A DNA stretch of 64,000 bases, taken from contig NW_024704743.1 of assembly GCF_018977255.1 (NCBI RefSeq), positions 20,462,001 through 20,526,000 on the forward strand, written 5' to 3'. Made by a program: the position numbers and the translations under genes. The stretch is from Callorhinchus milii (Eukaryota). Positions 12,851-25,769 of this stretch are shown here, piece after piece (positions within the stretch are counted from its first letter, which is position 1; the number at the start of each line of letters is the position of its first letter). The notes beneath the pieces are model-generated. The model saw only the letters and a list, made by a program, of their open reading frames with translations. It had not been told where the DNA came from and did not search any database.

Positions 12851-15800
12851 CAATTTAGTGGTTCATTTAATGTATAGAGCACCAAATGGACCTGGACATT
12901 TGTGTTATTCAATATGCAAAATATCAAATGAGCTTCTAAATTGACTCCAATGTAAAAACACTTTTTAAAAACCCAAAAATTTAAAGTGTGGTGTACTTGT
13001 GAAACACGTTTACTGTACTGGTCTGTTCACAGCCTAAGTTTGACTTTGTGTGAACATCCTTGGATCCTAATGCAATTTGATATCTCTAGAAGTCACTTAA
13101 AGTGCCCCCATTGGATGAATTAGTGCTATTTTTTCTTCTGGTTATTTAAAGCAGCATTATTCATAAAGGTAATTGGATTCATTTTTTTTTGACCTTTTGT
13201 TTTTCAAAGGTTTTTGAACAGAATGTGCTAATAGGTGCCTACTCTAATAACCTTGGAACTACTTTTTAAAATAAAGTCTAAAAAGAGTACCTCTGCTTAA
13301 AATTTCATATTCTGGATAAACCTTTAAAATAAAAAAAGTATCTTATTAAAAGTGCAACAATTCTATGCAAACTGTTTGAAACTGAAATCAGTGGAAATGT
13401 TCATATAAATGAGGCAGTTCACATTGAACCAGGTATTTCAATAGATAGAATAAGAATTTTCCAGCACAGGAGGTCATTCGGCCCATTGTGCCTTTGCCAG
13501 ATATCTGAAAGACCTGTCTGCTTAATATCACTGGCCTGTCTATTTGAATCTGGTATTAACACTTGGATTGACCAGATTTATCTCTTCCACTTTTGTTTGT
13601 TATTTATGGAGGTCTAGCTGTGAGTAAAAAGTTTGTTACAAGCACTCCGGAATGCTACCCCGCGTGAAGAGCGCTATATAAATGCAAGTTATTATTGTTG
13701 TTTTTGCCCGTGATTACAACCATCATAATGATGTTCTTAAAAAGTGCCAACAATATCCCAACGTGGCCTTGCCACATTTCAGAAATAAAGTCTAAGCAAA
13801 TTAGGTAAAATATTAAGGTCTTGTTGCAGGAAGTACTGGGCTGTTTTCAATGTATGTAAAACAAGTGAACAATTTATTATTCTTGATGAACCTAAAACAA
13901 TCTTGCACATATGCTCTCATGGGAAAAAAGACAATCTCTTCCTGCAACTTGATAATATTTTCATATTTAAGAAGATAGTGAAAACCTGGATTGAAGTAAG
14001 GTCCTTGAAAATTAAATGCAATAAACTTCTGTACATTGAGTACTTCAAGGATTAATTGCCCCAAACCCTTAAAAGATAAATGCTATGCTTTCTGGAATAC
14101 AATTAAGTTAGTGCAAGTTGATCTGATTCGTTTTGTTTAGATTGTGCATGTCATTAATACCAACCAGCTCACTGTTAAAATAGCTTCCCCTGAAGGGGTT
14201 CTGTTAAAGTTGTTAAAAATTACAAGCAGGTGATTAAAAAAGTCTGTTTTTTGATCTGATCATGGTGAACAAACAAGAACAAACTGTTTTAGATTTGCGG
14301 GAGCATTATGTATTTTAAAAAATGCAGAAACAATGTCAGACTCATTTTCAATATTTTATTGCCATAAAACATTGATGTTTAACAAGAGTAAACATTCTAA
14401 AAAATATATGCAGCAACTCAGTGATGTAAAGTCGGTAGAGAAAGCCAAAATGAGTTAGATGCAGCAAGAAAGAATTGAAGGTGGAGCAGTAAACATGTTT
14501 TGATACTATTTCTGAGCTCTCAGTTGCTTTGCTTCTTAGCTTGCCAGAGATGCAAAGTTAATTGCTCCAGGCTACTTGGCGAGTGGAATTTTCCCAGGTT
14601 TGAATGAACAGTATTAACAATTACTCTGCCGAATAAATGGCAGCTCTGTGTAATTGTTACAATTGCTGTTGTAACTTTTAAACTGTAATGAGATTTCATC
14701 TTGATCTTACTTTAATAATTTTATGTTTTCATGATAAATGCATAACAAGGTGTTTTGCTTTAACACACACAGAGAATCAGGGCATTAGTCAATATTATAC
14801 AATTGTTAAAAACCCTGTGTTAAAAAGTGGGTTTCTGCTAATTTGATATTAGGTTTATTGACCTTCCTCAAAGCGCTCTGGGACGCTACCCTGCATGAGG
14901 GGCACTATATAAATGCAAGTTGTTGTTGGACTCAATGTCTCCTTCAGCCAAGATGTTTGACAATATAATTTCTTATGAAAATAAGTATGTGTTTGGAAGT
15001 GTCTAAGAATTAGTACAATTTAACTTTGAATCCAAAATCTGATTTACTAGTTTATTGTCCTTTAACTTGCATTCACATTTTTAAAAAAAAATGCATCCCC
15101 ACTCTTAGTTTTAAAAATAACCACAATGCAGCCCCGCTATGACATGCTTCAGCGTAGCATAAATTTGTTTGTATAGTAGTAGTTGCACTGTGGACCCAAA
15201 CCATTGCACATGTGCAGCTGGCCCGCTCGCTTGAGGTTCCAAATACCTGAGCAAATGAACATTAAAGATCCTTGACTGTTTGAAAGGAGAAGTGAGTTTC
15301 TCCCAGTGTCCTCGTCAACAATCTCCCATCTAAAATTGTTTATTTTTGTTTCATGGCTGTTTGTAGGATACTGTTCATGGTGCGTAAATCGCATTCGGCT
15401 ACAAAGTACACAGTCACTTCACGGCACACTGCAACAACAACTTGGATTTATAGTGTCCTTCACCCGGGCAGCGTCTTGGAGCATGTAACAGCCACTACTG
15501 TTAAGCGTCCCTTTCTCTCCACCATCGTTGGCCGTGCTTTCAGCCACTACACCCCGAGCTTTGGAACTCTCTCCCAATCACTCTGCCTTGGCCCCTCCTT
15601 CCCCTTTTTAGATCATGACTGACTTCATACCCCTGGCTCGGCGCCATGCTCCGCCACCGTTAAACACTCCAAGACGCTGTCCCGCTTGAAGGGCTCTATA
15701 ATAATGCAAGTTGTTTTTGTTGTTCTTCTTTCTCCTCCTCCTCTTCTAGTGAACGGTAGTGACATTCTCCTTATAAATGTTGATAATGCTGTTGCTGTTT

Positions 15801-17825
15801 AGATATAAGAGGACAGACCGCAAGGAGCTGAAACTTCATGTGGAAACTTCATTAACAAAGCAAACCTTCCCTGTTGACCATCATTATTCAGATTTTCCAC
15901 AGCATGTATTCCATGAGGTGCAACTAAATGAAAATTAGTACCTGGTGAACTGTTGTTTCAAATAACCCCAAACTCCTCCTCTCCCTCTGGGATGGGGAAG
16001 AATGGAGCAATCTCCTCCACCATAAAATGTTAGGTATGGTATCTGTCTCTAAGCTGCCTCTAGTTGGTGGACTGTTCTGAGAATTTTCTTTTGGTCATCC
16101 AGATGTATAAACAGTGTGGAAACCCATCATTTTGCACATCCTCTGAGAGGAAACCATTGACAGTCTCCCATTTCTGGGAAGACATGCAATAATGTGGGAT
16201 CATTTTAAAATTGTGCCATAGACTCGGTCATTTTCTGTTGATCTTATGTTTGCGCTTACCTTCAGCAAATTGAAAGCTTGGCTGATCTGCTGGCAATCTG
16301 AACTCCAATCTTCAGCCGGGACCATCTGGCTCCAACAACTCAATCTTAGCCATCTCCTGCTCACGGGTCTAGAACTTCTTACTGACACGATTGCAGTTCT
16401 ATTTCCTATTCAAACCAGCATTTATATATGGCAAATCTGTCCAGACAGCAGTTATCACCTCAATGTGCTGTTGAACCAAGGTCACTGCCCCATTCTGAAG
16501 ATGGCTGCTGATTGGCTACGGTCTTGCTGTGTGATTTTGATCATGGCAGAGAAAAATTGCAATTTTCTTGTGTTAACATCTAAGTGCGAAAATTTACACA
16601 GGACGACCGTCTATACTCAAGTACTAGCTGAATGTTAGTTTCCCAAATTTTTGGCCTTAATGTCTATTTAGAGCAGGCCTACAGAATTGAATTTGGATTT
16701 AAATGGCACTGAGAAACTGGATTCCTTTGGAAGTGAGTAATAAGAAGCAATTGGCTTATGCTTAGCAAGGTAGTCAATAGGATCAGTACCAAGCTGTAGA
16801 GGTGGTCTTGAAAGATCAGAGGCAGATAGACAAAATAAAACAATAAAAGAAATGAATGGAGAAGGTGTGAAAGACAGAAGAGAGCCATTCTGAATTAAAA
16901 ACGAAAATAATATGTTTTAGCAGGTTGTTTTTACATACCTGTGCTAATTTTGATGATATACATGTTTCATATATATTCAGGGAATGAATTAAATTATTTA
17001 TAATTGCTTAATGTGAAGCAGAAAAGCTGGAGGCCAGGATGTATATTATTGAAGTCTAAACCACTCATCTGTTAAGGTGATCTGTGTGTTATGTGTTTTA
17101 TGACTATTGAATTGACTAAATGAATATTTCTCTAAAAGTAGGGAACCTAAATGTACAAATTACTGCCTGTGCAAAAAGCATTTGACATTCTTTTAATCGA
17201 CTGTTTCTATTTAAAAAGCATGTATGTACGTACAAAACAAATTCCAACTGGGAGAAGCAAAAGTAATCTAACCAGTTAATTCTTCTGCAATTTTTTAATA
17301 ATTCGAGTACAAAGTGAAAGCAAAAGTGACTGGGCTTCAAAATAATACGATAACATCTTTTGACTTTGAGCATTGCCCTCAATTGTATTTCATGAGTTAT
17401 TTAAAGGCTTTTTTTTAATGAAGTTGGTCATTTGGGAGTCAAAATTCCAGTCGTTGAGCAAAAGGAAGAGTAAAGGCTGTTTTTTTTTGCGTTGGTGTGC
17501 AGTACAGTCGTATTGCAGACATAAAACATATTTTGGGTAATGCAACGTTCATCTTTCAGCGTTTAATGCTGTGGCTCACAGCTAAGCCAATCAGGCAATG
17601 AAAAGTCAGAGTTGCACACAAGCAGGTACTTAGACAGGTTCAACAAGCCATAACCATAGCAACCTTACAAGAGGGAGGGATCACAGTAGGCTGGCAAGTT
17701 GAAATATCAAGGATACCTATGAATACCCACATTATGATGTCTTGGGCACAATTAAAAGGTATCCTGCTCTCTTTGCCCTTATGAAAAACACATGCATCAC
17801 ACAAGCTGCCACAAGAACAACCTGC

Positions 17826-18125
17826 TTTTTGTTTTGGTCAGCCGGGTGTCAAGCAGAAACTCATCACTATACCTAAGGGTATCTAAACCAAATTGAGAGT
17901 TTGATGCATCCCCCACACACTTGGAATTGAATGCACTTTTTTTCCCTGGAGGTGATGCATCCTACTTACCTAATTCTGGAGAGCATTAGGCACAAGCTGG
18001 CAAGAAGCAAGGCCTAGGGATCCCAGAGTGTGCATTGAGATACTGCTGGAGTTTCGCCAGCTAAAACCACATTGCTTTCCTTTGAGAGCACTGCCTTGCC
18101 AGCTTTCTCTCTGCTTTTCCAGCTA
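17826..18125 (-). mobile_element. Unclassified poly(A)-ended repeat, copy A (3' part)
   Basis: T-run then ggtcagccgggtgtc...cttacctaattctggagagcattaggcaca; matches 23488-23720 and the reverse complement of 41700-42007. Confidence 0.75.
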
Positions 18126-18489
18126 GGATGCTGAATAAGGCTTGTGGAACACATGTTGATAAATTCCACCCAATGCTATAAAAAAGATAATACAAGTATA
18201 ATAATAATCCTTGCAATGCATTTTGTGACATAGGATCTTATCATGATTATTGAGACATCTCACAAGATTTAGTAGTAACTACATATTTGGCTTGCATATG
18301 TGGAGCCTGATTGCGTGTTGGTTAGAGCACTCGCATTGCAAGCAGAGGATGCATCGGAAAGGTTTATCTAGTACAATCAGAACATCCACCTAGACAATTA
18401 TTAGCTTAGGGACATTATGTGCAGCTTTGGATTTGATCTTTCTTCTATTAATTGCAAAGAAGGAACGATATTAACTAATTTCAAATCCC

Positions 18490-19595
18490 AGTATTTCAGG
18501 TTCTGTCCTTGACTGGTTCAACTCCTACCTTTCACGCTGCCTCCACTTCGTCTTAGCAAACGGCTTCTCCTCTAGCCTCCGCACCGTCTCATGCGGCGTT
18601 TTCAGGGCTCTGTCCGCGGAACCCTCCTCATCTATATCTATATGCTCCCTCTTGGTGACGTCATCCGCAGATATGGGGTAAATTTCCACATGTATTCGGT
18701 GACACCCAACTCTATCTCTCTACCTCCACCCTCAACTCCAGGACTACTGGCGTCCTGACTGACTGATTGTCTGACATCAAGTCCTGGATAAGAGACATCT
18801 TTCTCCAACTGAACGACAGCAAGACCGAGGCCCTCCTGATCGGCTAGCGCCAGCACCTCCGCACCTCTGGCGCTGGCAGCATCAGCATCCGTGGCTGCAG
18901 ATTCAACCTCACTAAGCCAGTCAGGAACCTGGGCGGCTTGTTTGATCCTGAACTGTCCTTTCTCCCCCACATCCGGGCTATGACCGGCACTGCTTACCAT
19001 CACCTCCGCAACATGGCCAGACTCCGCCACTGCCTCACCCCTCAGGCAGCCGAGACCCTCACCCACGCATTCGTTACATCAAGGCTCGATTATGGAAACT
19101 CCGGCCTTCCCAACTCTTCCCTTCACAAGCTGCAGATCATCCAAAACTCTGCAGCTTGTGTACTCTTGCGCACCCCATCACTCCCACCCTCGCCCGACTC
19201 CACTGGCTCCCCATCCCTCAGAGGATCGAATTCAAGATCCTTGTCCTCACTTTCAAGCCCATCCATGGCCTTGTCCCCTCCTACGTCTCTGACCTGCTGA
19301 CTCCCTACCAACCTGCCCTACCATCGGCGCCGGGCTTTCAGCCTCTCTGCCCCCACACTCTGGAACTCCATCCCACAGTCCCTTTGCCTCGCTCCCTCCC
19401 TTGCCTCCTTCAAGGCCGGTCTCAAGACCCTCCTCTTCGATCGTGCCTTCGGTTACCCTCCCACCTCTCTGACTTCCCTCACTCCTACCCCACCCCTCCC
19501 CCATGCTCGGGTCCTGACCCCTGACTGTCCAGTGCCTTGGGACGTCCTTCCGACATGAAAGGTGCTCTATAAATGTAATTTTGTTGTTGTTGTTC
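18490..19595 (+). mobile_element. 5'-truncated, frameshifted L2-clade LINE (RT domain to 3' tail)
   Basis: Decayed RT motifs near 18590-18710 (G-V-x-QGSV-G-P, Y-x-DDTQ region), HAFVTSRLDYGNS, KLQIIQNSAA, HITPTLARLHWLPIPQRIEFKILVLTFK; ends in stem-loop + (TTG)n. Confidence 0.92.
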
Positions 19596-21221
19596 ATGAT
19601 TCTTCCCTCCAGTTGGCTTCCTCAAGTTGAAGGCGACTGAATGCAATTTACATTTATAGCCTTTCAAGCTGGGAAGATGTTTCAGCCACAGCTTTCCACA
19701 GTTGGCTAAGAAACTGATTTATTAGGCTGGCAAAGCCTCAACCTGCTTCAAATCTGTTCTAAACATTTTACAAATAGACATGATAAGAATGGACTTTTCT
19801 TCACTGTCAATTTCCCCCAGTTTTCATGCATGACTTCAGACTTCACTCGCAAGAGAGTATGGTATTGAAGATATGAAGTCTGCTAGTCTTGCAGCTGGCC
19901 TTCTGCTACTATCATCTTGACCCTCACCTTTGCAACTGCTGCAAAGGCTTTGTAGAGGAAGATATGTCATAATCTGCCTATGTGCTTTTATTTTAAAATC
20001 ACCTGCAGACCCACATGTGTTTGTGACATTGCAGCTTAATGTGTGCTGCCCGAATGCGACAACTGTATGGTTTCTGAGCCTTCCGTAAATGTACATAATG
20101 TACATGTGCCAGACACAAAATAATGTGTGAAGTACAAATTCTCTGGTCAACATCTGCATTTAATGGCCTCTAATTAAGCCTTGCACACTGATAGCAAACT
20201 GACATTTTTTTTCAAAAATAGAAGTTTAAGAAGCTTTGCACAGCATACTAATATAGCAGAGTGGTTGTGTTAATCACATTACTTATTCGTTGTTACAATG
20301 GAGCCCACAGTTACTCTTGCTTTTGGTGTTGGAATCGATGTTGCTGAATTCCTATATAGGTTGATGTTTTTTAGTAAAATGTGACAAGCATTAAAAACCT
20401 TCAGAGTAAAGAAGCATGAACATCATCTTCTTTTCCTACACAGAAATATTTGTAATTATAATTCCTCAAAGACCTTGGTGGGATAAGATGGTACATTTGG
20501 ATTCAATGTCTTAACTATTGCTCAGAGACACTATGCGTGTGAAGGGTGATATATAAATGCAAGTTGTTGTTGATAGTAAGAATTACAGCCACTAGCTGGT
20601 CTGTTTCTAAAGGTTTTAGCAACTGCGAATTTCACCTTTATAGTCATTAGCTCAGTGCGTTAGTGTTATGTGTCATTTCAACGTGTGCATGTTAATTTAC
20701 ATCAAACTCAGTAGCCCCACTAAAGCTACAAATTAGCCCAAGGCTACCGAAACCTTCATTCATGCCTTCGTCATTTCTAGTTTCGACCTCAAATGTCCAC
20801 CTTGTTGGCTTCCCCAGCTCCACTCTATACAAGCTTCAGCTCATCTATCTACGTCCAACTTGCAAGAGTCTTCATGTGTACATCGTTAATATCCTCACGA
20901 GGCCCCACTGTTTCCCTGTCTCCCAGCAAATCAATTGTCATCCTCACCTACATATATCCCTTAAAAATCCTTATCAGCACAAATGACTTCAAAACTAATC
21001 GTGAAAAACTAGAAAATATTCCTGAGATACAACAACAACTTGCATTTATATTGCACTCTACACGCGAGTAGTGTCCCAAAGAGATAAAACATCAATAAAA
21101 TCAAAATAATTATTTACAGTTTGATAATACATGCTCATGTCTTTTTGATTATTATATAGTTTTAGGACCCAAGTGGATAGGAAAAAAAATCTTGTCATTT
21201 GAACTGAGATCCTTCTTTTTT

Positions 21222-21610
21222 ATAATAATCCTTACATTTGGTATCAGGTTTCACATCAGGAGGACATCTCAAAGCACTTCACAAGATATTCTGAATGTTT
21301 TGTGTCAAAGCCTTAGTCAACTTGCACACAGCAGTGTCTCACAAACAGCCATGAAATGAATAACCAGAATTATTTGAGAGATTGTATTGGCCAAGATCCA
21401 GGAGAAACTCTATTCTCTTTTCGAATTGTGCTATGAAATCCTTTAGCGTCCACCTGAACAGGATCTCAGTTTAACAACCCATCAGAAGGACGTCAATGCA
21501 GCACATCCCCAGGACTGCATTGGATCGTCAGCCTATATGACATGAATTTCAAGTCTCAGTATGGGGCTTCAACCCTCAACCTTTTGCCTCAGAGGCAAAA
21601 ATGCTACTAT
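21222..21610 (-). mobile_element. Full-length degenerate Deu-domain tRNA SINE
   Basis: Collinear with 39915-40350 from tail to tRNA-like head. Confidence 0.85.
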
Positions 21611-23487
21611 AAAATCTATCTGTGAATGTATATCTCAGTCAATAATCTGGTTTACAGAATATCAATATTCTATCACTTGCCAATTTTACTACCCCCCCCA
21701 GTGTTTCTGTCTTCCCCTCTTCTGCTGAAAATATTTGACTTTTCTCTCCACTTCTACTGGGTTACATTTGTTGAGGGCTTGATACTCTCCATTACCTCAC
21801 CCAAGTGACATTTATTCATTTGTCAGTGTCAGCAAGTGACAGGAGGCTATTTAATAATTGGAAGCTTTTTATTTAAATCTAATGCTTTCTTCGTTCAAAA
21901 TCTGCAGGATTGCTGGTTAGTGATTAAGAGTGCAATTCCTAAATTATATTGCTAAATCAAAAATTAAAAATCTATACAGCAAGAAAGATTGTTACTTTTA
22001 ATTTCTTCTTACTGCAGAAGGTGGACATTTTTATGTTTTTTTCTGAATACCAAATTGTTACCTCAATAGTATAGAAATGTTTTATCAGATTTTAAGCAGT
22101 CTTGAAAAATAACTTCCTCTGGCTTCAGTTCAAATGTGTGTATACTAGGAACTCTTAATGTGCTCATTTCCCCAAAATGTGGCTGGTGTTTTGTTGTAGA
22201 AGTGTCTTCTATTTAGTTGTGTGATTGTGGTTAACAGCCTATAAAACTCCTGAAGCATTTAATGATAGTCATTCAATACAGAGATAGCAGTCTTCAGTGC
22301 CCACAGAGTAACTTAATGCAGCTTCTAATCACTCAAGCAATAGGTCAAAATAGAAAAACTGGCTTTTAAATGAGAGCTTGTCCTTGTGCTGTCAAAACCT
22401 TCTGGGAAGACACTAACTAAACCAGTGCAGTGTTTGCATTTTTCCGGTTGTCAACTGACTCCCTCGGGACTTCTATTTGTATTTTTGTATTCAGACATCT
22501 GATATGGAAATCTTTTACAATTCACTATGCATTCTAAAAGTCAATGAAAGTAAAGCTTTAAGCAAATTTGATATGAATAGATTTTCAGTTCACAATGGAA
22601 ACTGTCTCTATATATTTTGAATGCTTTTGAATGATTTCTGCAACCTTCTCTATCAGCAGTCTTTTTACTGAGGAGGGTGGGATAGAGGAGCAAGGGGATT
22701 TTTTTGATTGTTGCTTTTGTGTTGCGGCTACAAGGAAGCAGAAAATGCAACTGCAGAACATTTAATGTGATATGAAAATCCTTGCGATCTGTATTTCTGG
22801 GGAAACTGATAGATTTATTTTTCTCCTCTTCACATCTCATTACAGATTTTTCTATAGAATTTTCAACAAAGTAATGGCCAGATCCTTTAAACAAAAAGCT
22901 TTGACTATAGTCTATGGCTCTAAGCTGCACTGCTGCTACGCGTCTTTAGCATATGAAATAAATAATTTAATTGAAGGCTTGCATTTATGTAACTTTTATT
23001 CAGATAGTGTTAAAAGGTCTGCTCTTAGTTTTAGTAGTTCTTAGTAACTTCTAATTCATGCAACATAAACCACAATGTGTTTAATGGTACTGATGTGCAC
23101 TGGTCTGTGTTTGAATGTGGGAAAGCAGACAATTTGTTTCTGACATTTAGCAAGAGAGAGACAAAGAAGAATAGTTAAAAGTCATAAGAAGAAGAAAGTA
23201 AAAGTGGAGAGGGTAGTGCAGGTCTATGGATCTGTGAAGAGAAAGAGAAAAAATCCTGATTGAGAAAGAAAGCAAATGTAAATTGGACCCTCAAACAGGA
23301 TTCACAAATATGAACTGAGAAGAGTTCATCTGGTTTTCTTTGTCACATTTCCCAGTTTAATTGAGACAAATTCAGAAGGATGTTTTATTGTGTGTCTAAA
23401 AAAATTAAATAGCACACTACTTAACGTCATTCATCCTATTAGTAAAGGTTTTTTAAAAAAATGATCAGGCAGCATCTTTCAAATGAC

Positions 23488-23720
23488 TTTTTTGTTTGGT
23501 CAGCGGGGTGTCTGATACACGTGGAAACCCATCACCATGTTTAAGAGTATGCAAACCAAGCTGAGATTTCCATGTATCCCATCTACACATGGAAATCCCA
23601 GAGATAGATTGTTGGAATGGAATGCGCACTCTCTCCCTTGAGGAACGTATCCTGCTTACCTAATTCTGGAAAGCATTAGGCACAGGTTGGCAAGAGCCAA
23701 GGCTTGGGGACCCCAGAGTG
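23488..23720 (-). mobile_element. Unclassified poly(A)-ended repeat, copy B (3' part)
   Basis: T-run then ggtcagcggggtgtctgatacacgtggaaacccatcacc...cttacctaattctggaaagcattaggcaca. Confidence 0.75.
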
Positions 23721-24115
23721 TCTAATGGCTTAATAGTATTAAATTATAGTGCAGTTAATTTTGCCACTTCTGTTTGTTGTATTCCATGTGTAAAACATGT
23801 GCCTATTGAAGATGCAGAAAGGTCATCATTTAAACAGCTGAGGTCTGTTTGTCTCTTTTCTAACAGAATAACAAACCATTTCAATCCAATCTGCGTAAGA
23901 ACATGCCACATGTAAATGGGGCCTATCCTTTGACCTGTGTCCTTTTAGCTATGGATCAGTCGACATACTCTATGAAGCCAGGCAGCTGATTTGAAATGCA
24001 GATGCAGCAGAGATCGGGCTGTGCCTCTTTTTATTCTTGCTGTATCTGACAGGGTGAAAAATGGCTCAAGGGTCATCTATCCATACTCACTTAATTATTT
24101 TTCTTGGACCCTCAG

Positions 24116-24321
24116 AATTGTCACAGGCAGTGGTGGATGCGGGAGCTGTTCCTCTTTTGGTTCTTTGTATCCAGGAGCCAGAGGTGGCACTGAAAAGGAT
24201 TGCAGCTTCTGCACTCAGTGATATCTCAAAACAATCCCCAGAGCTTGCTCAGACTGCGGTGGATGCAGGGGCCATTGCTCATCTAGCTCAGATGATCCTG
24301 AATCCTGATGCTAAACTGAAG
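24116..24321 (+). CDS. SPAG6: SPAG6 coding exon (exon 5 equivalent), 206 nt
   Basis: CTCAG acceptor ending 24115, GTGAGC donor at 24322. (E)LSQAVVDAGAVPLLVLCIQEPEVALKRIAASALSDISKQSPELAQTAVDAGAIAHLAQMILNPDAKLK; phase matches previous exon. Confidence 0.97.
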
Positions 24322-24710
24322 GTGAGCATTTTTACTGCAAAAATCATACTATTTATCTGTACAAGTGAATACATCAAATAGATGTTAGTGGATGCATAAA
24401 GTAAACAGAAGCTCAAATGAAATAACTACATTCAGTGTTAAAGTAACTCACTTTTGTTAAAACAGCATGTTTATATGTGTCTGTTTTTTCAGTTCTCTGA
24501 CAGACAAAAAGTATACCATTTAAGAATTGATCGGATATGACGGATATTCTTTTGGTACAAAGCACTTGAAAGCCCCTACTGTGCTGCTTTTATCATTTCC
24601 GTTTTGTGGATTTTTGGCATTTTGCACATATAAACTTCTGTGTAATTGGTTTATTGAATTTAGTTCCTTTATTTGTTGATTTGACTTGTACTATTTCTTC
24701 TGTTCTGTAG

Positions 24711-24884
24711 CGTCAGGTGTTTTCAGCTCTCAGTCAGATGGCAAAACATTCCGTGGACCTGGCAGAAATGGTTGTAGAAGCAGAAATTTTCCCGGCTGTT
24801 CTAACATGCTTAAAGGACCCAGATGAATATGTGAAAAAAAATGTTGCAACTCTAATTCGGGAAATTGCCAAGCACACTCCTGAG
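24711..24884 (+). CDS. SPAG6: SPAG6 coding exon (exon 6 equivalent), 174 nt
   Basis: TGTAG acceptor ending 24710, GTAAAG donor at 24885. RQVFSALSQMAKHSVDLAEMVVEAEIFPAVLTCLKDPDEYVKKNVATLIREIAKHTPE. Confidence 0.97.
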
Positions 24885-25769
24885 GTAAAGGCATTAGATT
24901 TTTAAGTGTGCAGTGAGGTGGTTGAAAGATTTTCACAGATGTTGCACAGACGGAGCTTCATGTTGGCATGCAATTATTTATCCGCTGGTTACATTGGAAG
25001 TTGTATGCTGCCTTCATTATAAAGAAGTGCATAGTATTTTAAATCCATTATTTTGTGATACATATTATAAAAAATTGGAACATTAATTTAGTTTGTAGAA
25101 AACATATGTTCAGCACTCTGTGGTAGCTTTATTATTTATAGTTTGAGAGAATAATCATAGTGGATAGTAATTTTATTATTAAAATGTTTTAGGCTAAATC
25201 TATTCGCAGATTTCTACTAGATTTTAAATTTACATTTGTTAAAAATTTTATTGTTCCAGTTTAAAGTTGAGTTGTTGAAGTTGAGACAAACCAGGTGAAG
25301 AAATCCATCTTGATATAATCAAATTCTGTTGCGCACCCATTTTAAATATTCTTGCTGGAAAAGCTGAAATGTAGACAAACTAGGTAAACTGAAGTACATT
25401 ATATTTAATGATATGGATTTTTTATTGTACAATTATGCTTGATCTAATATCAACAAATAGTGTTTTAAAATGTCGCCATATTTTCAACTACCAGTTTCTA
25501 CCTTCCTCAAAAATGTATATTTAAAATCTAAAGGAGTATAAGTGGAGCGACAGTTAACATTAGAACTTCAAAATTTTTGTCCATCAACCAGGATAAAGTA
25601 GTAGTACAGAAGTAGTACTTTTACCTTAGAATCAGTGATTAGCAAATAATTATTACCATTTGTAATTTTTTGTTGAGAGTTAAAGCAACAAATGATTACC
25701 TTTGCAGTCAGACAGTTAACATATTAAGTCTTCAACAAAAGGCGACATTCATTATTGATTTTTTAACAA

